Assembly (NCBI RefSeq): GCF_009914755.1
Contig: NC_060933.1
From: the human T2T-CHM13v2.0 reference genome, Homo sapiens
DNA: 64,000 nucleotides
Strand: one strand, 5' to 3'
Shown: positions 54,602-64,000 of the stretch, one piece after another
How the letters are laid out: every line of letters starts with the position of its first letter
Numbering within the stretch: the stretch's first letter is position 1
Made by a program: the position numbers and the translations under genes
The notes under the pieces: generated by a model
What the model was told of the DNA's origin: nothing
What the model saw: the letters and a program-made list of their open reading frames with translations, nothing else
The model's database searches: none

Positions 54602-55108
54602 TGTCAAGAACTGTGAAGGATCTGAGCTTACAAGTTAGCCTGCTTCAGTTTTATGGATGTTGGCAGAAGACACATAACTGTTTTGTCAGAGACAGAAAGA
54701 CTTCCATTATTTGCAGCACAGCACAGAGTTGCACGAGCTTCATCTTTGCTCTGGTTCCTGTTTTCCCTCAAGTTTACGGGAGATGATGACAAGGAGTTCA
54801 AGTTGATGCTACACACAGTTTGTGTCACAGATGAAGAACTCCAAGTAAAGGAAACTTAAATCTTTAATAAATGAGCAGTAAGCACACTTGTCTGATGTTT
54901 TCTGTGGAGGAAACACTATCTTCATTTTACTTGAAAATAAACAAATCTGTTCTCTCATCCATAAACAAACAATATCTTGATCTTCCAGGGCTATCCGCTA
55001 TATAAAGATCTTTAAAAAGGAAAACCTGTAATAAATGTGAAGCTAGTGCCTTTCTATTTGCAAGATGCACAGAAATGCATGAGACCAATTGAAAATTGCC
55101 TGTGAACA
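54602..55108 (-). mobile_element. MER74-type ERVL solo LTR
   Basis: tgtcaagaactgtgaagg...acaagttagcctgc...tggatgttggcagaagacac at one end; gcaagatgcacagaaatgc...gagacc...aattg...aaca at the other. Confidence 0.8.
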
Positions 55109-55452
55109 AACACGCTTCCAGATTTTTAGCTTGCTCTTTTCTAAACATGAAAATTCTCAGAAAGTACGTGTTCTCAAAATTCATGCCATTTCTTTTTTCC
55201 CAAGTTCCTTTATCACGACCATCTTATTTTTCACATTACCAAATAATGCACTTCCCTAAACTATCCAAAATTTTCCATGGTGTTATAGTTTCTAAGGTAC
55301 TGAGAAGAAACTCATAGGTGAAGCATATTTATAAATTGTTTACAACATAATATTGAATACATATTTTCTCCTTTTCCCTGTCACTAGTAACTTTTTCTCT
55401 GCTTGATTAATTCATATCACATATTTAATAGCCCAATTTATTCAGAACATAC

Positions 55453-55927
55453 TGAGAGGTGAAGCCAGCTGGACTTCCTAGGTGGAGTGGGGACTTGGAG
55501 AACTTTTTTGTCTAGCAAGAGGATTGTAAAATGCACCAATCAGTGCTCTGTAGCTAGCAAGAGGATTGTAAAATGCACCAATCAGCACTCTGTAAAACGC
55601 ACCAATCAGCAGGATCCTAAAAGTAGCCAATTGCAGGGAGGATTGAAAAAAAGGGCACTCTGATAGGACAAAAATGGAACATGGGAGGGGCCAATACGTG
55701 AATAAAAGCTGGCCACCCCAGCCAGCAGCAGCAACCTGCTGGTGTCACCTTCCATGCTGTGGGAGCTTTCTCCTTTTGCTCTTCACAATAAACCTTGCTA
55801 CCGCTCACTCGTTGGGTCCACACGATCTTTAAGATCTGTAACATGGGAAAGGTCCGTGACTCCATTCTTGAAGTCAGCGAGACCACGAACCCACCAAACC
55901 CACCGGCAGGAACCAACTCCGGACATA
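55453..55927 (+). mobile_element. LTR12F (ERV9 family) solo LTR inserted in a MIR
   Basis: TGAGAGGTGAAGCCAGCTGGACTTCC start, tandem CCAATCAG units, gaagtcagcgagaccacgaacccacc...aactccggaca end; 4-bp TSD ATAC at 55449-55452 and 55928-55931. Confidence 0.92.
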
Positions 55928-55931
55928 ATAC

Positions 55932-56160
55932 CACATGGCAAGCTCTGTTCTAAGCATTGATGTGTACAGGTTATTTACTCCTCATAAGAACACTGAAAGA
56001 TAATTGCCACTTACTGGCTCCTTCTTAAGATGAGTAAGCTAGAGACAGATACTCATGATTTGCTCAAGACTTCAGAACTTGTCTGTGGCAGAGCAGAGAT
56101 GAGAATTAAATTTGCTAGCCACCATTTCTTGGAATTTAAACACATTGTTATGCCACCTCT
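55932..56160 (-). mobile_element. MIR (host of LTR12F)
   Basis: ctgttctaagca, ttatttactcctcataa, gatgagtaagct, gatttgctcaaga...gtggcagagc. Confidence 0.65.
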
Positions 56161-56235
56161 TAGTATATGTAATTAATGACATGCAGTTCACAGAATTATG
56201 TTATTTAAATTATATTGGACAGAAATAAAAAAGTA

Positions 56236-56484
56236 CGGTTGATACTTGAACAACATGAGCTTGAGCTGTGTGCATCCCTTATATAGAGATTATTTTAATT
56301 AAAAAAATCAGCATCTGCATTGAAATGTGGATCAAAATACAGTAGCCACAGGATGAAAAACCCGCAGATATGGAGGACTGACTTTTTGTATACTCTGGTT
56401 CCACAGGATTACTTGAATATGTGCTGATTTTGGTATCCTCTGGGGTCCTGGACCCCGTCTCTTGAGGATATCAAGGGACCACTG
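56236..56484 (-). mobile_element. MER8 (TcMar-Tigger MITE), full length
   Basis: c.gttgatacttgaacaacatg ... gattttggtat...ggggtcctgga...ggatatcaagggaccactg; TA on both sides. Confidence 0.82.
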
Positions 56485-56769
56485 TATTTTTACTTAAAAT
56501 GACAAGAGTAGAGAATATATGCAGATATATCCCGAGGAACATCTTTTAGGTATATGCTTTTCTATTTTAATTCCTCTTAAAAAAACACACACATCTTAGA
56601 ACTTACAATGTATCGATAAAAAAATGTGGCCATTATTTATGTAGGAAAAGTTTATATACTCCTCCGGAGGGTAGGAAATGAGATTGCAGTGCACATGGGG
56701 TTCTGCCACTCACAATGTAGGATGTTTCACCATGTCTTCCTGAAATGATTTGCAAATAGTCAAGAACAA

Positions 56770-57400
56770 ATGACTGTGGTGATAGAGATGTATTTATTGC
56801 TGCCACCTTGTTCCCACTTCACCGTTGCATATTTGTACACAGGACACATATTTATTCTTTTAAGTTTAGATTTTACTGAGAAATGAGGACCTTATCTGGA
56901 CTTCACTGGGAGAATTATGAGTGGCCAGAGATACTACATTTTGAGCTGGATGCCAGACCTTGAAAGAACTCTGCATTTTTCATTTTGAGAGAAGTCGGTG
57001 TGTTTTATAATGGGAGGAAGATTAAAGCAGGTATTTTGGCATCAGAAGGACTGACCTTGACAGAGATTGGTGAGATAACATTATTTCCTTCTTTGGACCA
57101 CAAGGAAATGCTGTATTTTTCAGCCTCAATTGCAGGTAGGATGAGACCATTTCACTGGTGAATGAAATGTAGGTAGAAGTTATATTTCCCACTTTTAGAC
57201 TGAGCTATAAGATACCTCATGCAATGCTTCTCATACTCCTCTTTATATTAAATGCAGAGGATTCAGTGAAAACCTTTAAGGAATTTCAGAAAGTTAATCC
57301 TCTACTGAATTATTATATGAATGAGAATAAAAAAATTGTGTTAAGTCACAGATATTTGCAGTTTGGTTCAGAAACTAATATTAATTGCCCTGACTAATAT
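56770..57400 (+). mobile_element. MLT1 internal 3' end plus MLT1H/J-like LTR
   Basis: ttttgagctggatgcc...tgggagg...ggcatcagaaggactgac, then an LTR with gaatgaaatgtaggtagaagt ending ccctgactaata. Confidence 0.5.
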
Positions 57401-57499
57401 ACTGAGATACTAGTGATGATTCTGCAATGACTGCTTTTACAGTGAAAGTGACCACAGTAGCATGCATGGATAAATTTAAGGTGATAAACATTAGGATTG

Positions 57500-57871
57500 C
57501 TTACATATTTTTTGGCTTCTTCATGCACATGGTAGGATATAGCTCACTGCCCTGTTTACTTCAGTTATGGAATGTGATTTCCTTTTGCTTATTGAAATGT
57601 TAGTAGACTAAAGTGTCTGTTTCCTTCTAGAGGCAAAAATTCAGAGCGTGCCTCACAACATTCTTTTTTTCCTTGAGTACAGTAACTTTCAGTGTTCTGG
57701 AGTGGCTGCTTTGTCCTCTAGATCCTGGTATAAAGGTGACAGTGACCCATGAGTAGAATCATAAGCAACACCAAGGACATGTGAAATGAGCAACTTATGA
57801 TTGAATTGATATAGGCTCCTGACATTTAGAAATTGTTTTGTTATCACTCAGCTTAGTTTTTCTGATGTAAT
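57500..57871 (+). mobile_element. MLT1J-like LTR
   Basis: gcacatggtaggatatagc, tgaaatgttagtag, ggctgctttgtc, ggacatgtgaaatgag. Confidence 0.5.
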
Positions 57872-59516
57872 TTAATTGCTCTAAGGAAACAGTATCTGCT
57901 GTGATTTGTTACTGTCTCTTACTGCCCAGTGGTTGGCAAGGCCAAAAGTTCTAGACGCGGCAGTATTCTGAGAGTTGAGAGCCAATATATTTTCTTGGCA
58001 GTGCTCATGCTCATGGTGCACTTGAAGCTGTGTCGATGCTGCCATAGGAACACCACAAGCCAACCTTGTTTCTTCCATGGTTGCGCTCTTTATGTATTCA
58101 ATTACAGACCTCAGGTGTGTCTGACATGAAACAAACATATGCAGGCATCATGACGGTAATCAACTGATTGCTTCAATGTGCTGGTCTTTGTAGGTCTTGA
58201 GAGTATCAACCTGGAAAAACAAGCTTTTAACTTTAATAATTTCAGCAAGTTAATATAAAGGGAAGTTCCACATATAGGTCTGGATCAAGTTTTTCTATGA
58301 AGTAGTTGCCAATTAGAAAAGTTTCCTAAACAATTAACCCTAGCAAAAAATTGTGTAAAGATTCCATTCACTTATTACACAAAACAGTATATTTTATGAG
58401 TGCTACCTTCTACTTTGGCCATTAGATAAAAGGTCTCTTCACCCTTCTTTTGTCGTGTTTTGCTTAAATATTTGGGCATATAGCTATAACCCATCATTCC
58501 CTTTTGAAAACAAAGAATAATAACCAAAGTAATATAATCTAAACCTGCTTTAAAGTCCGAGTGTAGTTTATGTTATATGTTCCTGTAATTATTCGTCATC
58601 TGTGGCTCAAATCCCTTTTACTAAAATACTTTGCACTTCACCATAAACAAACTTGTGCAAACAAACAAGACACAGAAGCGATATAAAACTCCCAAAATCA
58701 AGTTACTAAGTTTCAGTAACAAATAAACCTGAATGTGTAATTAAATAGATTATAATAATGCTGAAAATTCTGTATTTTAGGTTCTTTGTGATCTAGAGTT
58801 CTTCACATGTATTTAGTAAACCATTCCAAGTGCTATATTTCTTGCTAATAAAACCAAATAACAATGTTCAGGGTAAATTTTAATGAATTAATGCTTATAA
58901 TGCAAACTATGCTTTCATCAATTTTATTCAGAAGCACACGATTAATTATACAACAGATATTTTATATGATTGTTCATAGTAAAGACTATTTTTATTTGCT
59001 TGAATGACAACATAATTTATTAAATGAATAAATACACGGATTCGTCTTCTCCATCACCATTTCAGGCATGTTTTTGTGACATCTACCTTCTTCACCATGA
59101 ACTCCTTCCTAACCAACCATTATATCTAAAATAAATTATCAGCAAACATAAATAATGTGCTATTCCAGAACTACCTCACATGAGCTAGATGATGGGAGGC
59201 ATAATTCATAATAAACAGACCCTACCTTTAAATTCTATAAAGCCACAGCATTTAAATTATAACTATGCCACAGAGCAGTAACCTATTTTCCTATTAATTA
59301 TATCCCATAAAAGCAATATACCTTCACTAATTAATTATACTTGAAGTAACAACTATGGCTTAATTAAATGAACCATTCCTAATAATGAAACCTTAAAATA
59401 ATTGGACTCTTCTGTCTAGAGGCAGTAACAATTATTGTCATTGGAAAGGATTTCAAACATGGCTATGCTAAGCAACGCTGATTCATAACTGACATTGAAC
59501 CTGAGATTTCCTAGAG

Positions 59517-59740
59517 CAGTAGCTCTCAAAACCTTTCGTGAAGGGCCAACTATTAAGTATTTTAGAATGTATGTGCCATGTGATCTCTGTCACAAGTACC
59601 AGTATTTGCCATCGTAGTGCATAAGTAGCCATAAACAATATGTAAAATAAAAGGATGTCACTTTATTCTAATAAAACTTTGTTTACCAAAATGCATCAGT
59701 GGCCTGATTAGCTCTGTGCTTTGTAGTTTGATGACCTCTT
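59517..59740 (+). mobile_element. MER58A
   Basis: aagggccaa..taagtattttag, tctctgtcacaagtac, gccataaacaatatgtaaa, taataaaactttgtttac, gtagtttgatgacctct. Confidence 0.8.
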
Positions 59741-60170
59741 ATGTAGAATCGAATTATTGAACTCATCTCTACTATGTTTCTAGATTTGCTAGTATTGTAT
59801 TCTAGGTTTCTATCTTTCTCATCTATCCATCTTAATGGTTAAGTTTTACAAACCCTTATCATATATAATATTATTTAAATTATATTAATCTGCATTTAAC
59901 ACACATCTTTCTCTATTTTGTAATTTAGCATTTTTGAGCCATTAAAGTTTAAATTACAGTAGAGATGTAGACATTATGTAAAGGTATATTACTTTGTTGT
60001 ATATGTTCATAAAAGACAATAATGGCCACATTGAAATGACACAATACGATCCACCAAAAGCGAGTAAGGCAGAGATTGTGTACATAAGTAACCAAGTACA
60101 AGTTCTGTCCTTCAAGTGAACCCCTACATCATTATTATTCCCTTATGGTGGAAATTCCAGAAGTAGATAG

Positions 60171-60537
<367 letters not shown>

Positions 60538-60654
60538 CATATGCCTTCTTTTATTCATGGTTTACTAATTATAATATTCTATTTATATAATTGAGAATTC
60601 CTTATTCCATTTTTCTTTCTCATTTTCTTTCATCCCAATCATTTTCAGTCAAAA

Positions 60655-60822
60655 TGTGTATATATATATATATGTGTGTGTATATATATGTGTATATATA
60701 TGTGTATATATATGTGTGTATATATATGTGTATATATGTGTGTATATATATGTGTATATATGTGTGTGTGTATATATGTGTGTATATATATATGTGGATA
60801 TATATGTGTGTATATATATATA
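60655..60822. repeat. Compound (TA)n/(TG)n microsatellite
   Basis: About 168 bp of tatatatgtg-type units. Confidence 0.95.
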
Positions 60823-61175
60823 GATGGGAAAGAAATACAGAGCAATCTAGGAAGCATTGTGAAAAAATGGTGTGAACGTATGCATCAAAAAGTAATATTA
60901 CAATTTTATTCAGTATCCCATCCAAACTTTTCTCCTGCAGGGCTTTCATGCTTGCTATTGTCAAATCTTCTCCCTTCTGCATAACTTTCATTTATCTTCT
61001 CTATTATTGCTATTGTCACATAAATGTGCTTTTATTTATCACATTAGAAAAATAGTCATTCTCAGTCTACATGTCTCACAAATATAGAACTACTTTTTTT
61101 TCTTCTTTAGAGCAAACTTTCTCAAAAGTATTCAGAAAAGTACAATGTGTAAAACAAGCAGCAAGAGAGGACATC

Positions 61176-61683
61176 TGTGTTAGGCTGAATAATGGTCTCA
61201 AGAGATGTCAGGTCTTAATCCTTAGTACCTGTAAATGTAACCTTTATGGCAAAGAGACTTGCAGATGTGAGTAAGTGAAGAATTTTGTGATGGAAGATTA
61301 TCATGAATTATCTTGGTGGGCTCTAAATGCAATCTTAAGTGTCCTTATAAGAGTGATGGAGAGGGAGATTTGACATAGAATCTAGGTTGTGTGATCATGG
61401 AAGTGGAGAAATATTTGAAAATTATACGCTGCTATCTTTGAAGATAGAAGAAGGGGCCTTTGAGACAAGAAATGTAGTTCTAGAAGCTGCGTTTCTGGAA
61501 TAATTTCTAGAATTACTCTCCCCTGAGTTCTCTGGAAAAAATAGGGTGCTGATCACACCTTGGTTTTAGACCACTGATACTGATTATGAATTTTTGGACT
61601 TCAGAACTATAAGAGAAAAAGTCTGTGTTGCTTTAAGCTACCCATTTTGTGGCAATTTGTTACAGCAGCATAGGAAAATAACA
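61176..61683 (+). mobile_element. MLT1D/C MaLR solo LTR inside an old antisense L1M
   Basis: tgtgttaggctgaataatggtc, gtgtccttataagag, ttctagaagctg, ttcagaactataagaga, tttgttacagcagcataggaaa. Confidence 0.85.
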
Positions 61684-63364
61684 GAGAATCTCTTCCTGTT
61701 CCCAGGTTTAAAAGCAAGTCTTCTAACATTCCCACATTATTATGTCATAAGATATTGTTTATAGGATTTCAAAAGATACACTTTATCAACTTAATGAAGT
61801 GCCTTTTAAATCCTAGTTTAATAAGAGCATATATATATACAGTAAATTAATGATGAATTTTATCAAATACTTCTTTGTATCAATATCTGTTAGGATACAG
61901 ATCTTATGTATCTGCATCTACTGAAATTATGTGATTTTTCTCATTTACTCTGTGAATGTGATGAATAATCTTTTTAATTGAATCTCAATTATAGAGAATT
62001 GAATTAATCATCATTTTGATTAATGACATACTTTCATCTTATGCCTATTCATGGTCATCTTTTATATGTAGGTAATTAAATAATAACTTTTACAGGGTTG
62101 GAAGTAACCAGCATATAGCACCCTGCATAAAAGCTAAAACCTGAAGAATGACCACATTTAGCCATATATTTTCTCACTCCCATCTCATCCTCTATAATTA
62201 CCAGTGTTTGAACCACAACCTCTTTCTTCTCTAAACCACTAGCTGAAATCTAAACTCAGCACTCCAACCTCCCATTTATTGATTTCTGCTAGGCTTCTTG
62301 ACGTCTCACCTTGTGCATACATATCTTTGATACTGGCCACACTTAAGGGGCATTTGTATGCAGATATTCAGGCTCTCTCTCTGTGGTTACTTCCTTCTTG
62401 GAAATTTGTCTCATGAGCCCCATACACACTAGATACTCTGAACTCTAATCTCTGTCACCTCAACACAGTAAAATTTCACTTTCTGTGTATGCTTTCTTTC
62501 TTCACATCAGTATTTGGGAAATGTTATTAGAGGAAAAACGTCTGAGTGAATGTAACTTATAGTCTATAATTATTTCTTTTTAATAATAATCCCACTCAAG
62601 CTCTGTATACATTGATTGTTCTCCAGTGTCTTCCAACAGTTGTCTAACATATTTTGCCCAGCTTTTATAGCCAACTTCAGGGTGTGAGTTTGTGCTACTT
62701 TATCATGGCCTGAACCTGAAATCCTCTAATTTTATTGAAATGGATGGTTATTATAGTTCATGTTGCATTTCTTGTGTTTCCAATAAGTTTTTAGATTTTC
62801 TATTTCTCCACAATTCTGGAATTAAGAATCCATTTGCTTCATTCTAATCTAGTTTCTTATACATAATGCTAAAGGGAGTGTTGTTTCAGTGACTGTCAAC
62901 AACTTCTACGTGGGCACCATTCACATTTCCCAAAGTCTCAGCAGCATTTCAAATTGTTGAAAATTTCTTCCTCTTCAAAACATTATTCATTATAGAGTTC
63001 TTTAAAAATACGCCAACCTTGCTTTTCTTCTTGCCACCTCAGCTTTTTATTCCCAACTCAATTGCAACACATTTTTTTCAGCTCATTTGGCATTAATTTC
63101 TATTGTCTGTTTCAACCCTTCCTTGATGATTTAACAATAAAAATAAATAATTCCTTTAAAAGGCTCATAAGTGTCGGTAACTCCCATAGCTTTACTTTTA
63201 CCTTTGACTATTCTCCAACCTTCAGACTTAGACACAAAGTTGTTTAATTACCATGTTGCATTTCTCTCATGCCAAACGTCCACATGACTGATAGTCCTGT
63301 TATTTCTTTCTTCAAAGTACATATCAAATGCATTGACTCTTTCCATCGCCATTGCTACTATTAC

Positions 63365-63735
63365 TGTTTTAGTCAATTCTGACTGCTATCACAAAGACCT
63401 ATAGACTAGGTGGCTTAGAAATAACAAAAATCAATTTTTTCACAGTTCTAAAGGCTAGAAGTCTGAGACCGTGGTACCAGAGTGACCAGGTTTCAGTGAT
63501 ATCTCTCTTCTAATTTGCAGACTACCATTTTCTTCTTGTATCCTCACATGTCAGAGAGTGAGAGAACTCTCTAGGGTCTATTATATAGGGGAACTAGTTC
63601 CGTTTAGGAGGGCTCCAACCTCATGATGTAACCACTTCCTGAAAGTACCACCTCCTAATACCATCATATTAAGGGTTAGGATTTCCACCTATAAGTTTCA
63701 GAGACAGGGTGGCAACAGCCATGCAGTCCATTGCA
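63365..63735 (-). mobile_element. MLT1A-like MaLR LTR
   Basis: atagactaggtggcttag, cacagttctaaaggctagaagtctgaga, cacctcctaataccatca, cagtccattgca. Confidence 0.8.
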
Positions 63736-63776
63736 ATCACTATCCAAGACATCACCATCATCATTATCTCCATTCC

Positions 63777-64000
63777 TTTATTATTATTATTATTATACTT
63801 TAAGTTTTAGGGTACATGTGCACAATGTGCAGGTTAGTTACATATGTATACATGTGCCATGCTGGTGTGCTGCACCCATTAACTCGTCAATTAGCATTAG
63901 GTATATCTACTAAAGCTATCCCTCCCCCCTCCCCCCACCCCACAACAGTCCCCAGAGTGTGATGTTCCCCTTCCTGTGTCCATGTGTTCTCATTGTTCAA
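63777..64000 (-). mobile_element. Young L1PA (PA2/PA3-like) 3' end running off the window
   Basis: (TTA)n tail, tatactttaagttttagggtacatgtgcacaatgtgcaggttagttacatatg ... ccccacaacagtccccagagtgtgatgttcccc. Confidence 0.93.

Noticed and set aside
60591-60991. Y/I/H/T/C/V-repeat ORFs (also 39825-40150)
   Set aside because: They are translations of (TA)n/(TG)n microsatellites.

Overview
AT-rich, CpG-depleted primate genomic DNA, almost certainly human because it carries a near-consensus 960-bp HERV-K(HML-2) LTR5_Hs solo LTR. It is intergenic or deep-intronic, and I could not identify the locus. I can support no protein-coding gene, tRNA, rRNA, CRISPR array or CpG island; the listed ORFs I could place come from Alu, L1, MaLR, LTR or simple-repeat sequence, and the rest match no protein I recognise. 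The window is a layered transposon fossil record: about 20 Alu/FLAM copies, old L1M/HAL1/L2/MIR, L1PA fragments, ERV1/ERVL/MaLR LTRs (THE1A plus truncated internal region, MER4, MER34/39-like, MER57-like, MER74, MER77/21-like, LTR12F, MLT1) and DNA transposons (MER58A, MER82/MER6-type, Tigger1, MER8). The best leads are: (i) a three-level nest L1M > Alu > LTR5_Hs with readable TSDs and an OCT4 motif; (ii) a near-perfect 3 x 115-bp tandem array bounded by 6-bp microhomology; (iii) a THE1A element cut off and fused to an unrelated L1; (iv) fold-back or templated-insertion scars at 3455, 23630 and 45568; (v) non-repetitive islands with clustered TF motifs (SOX-ETS-TCF at about 39.2 kb); (vi) + strand candidate exons that could belong to an LTR-driven lncRNA. 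I found no convincing previously undescribed biological system. Repeat subfamily names come from recalled consensus sequences, and boundaries of old repeats are approximate.
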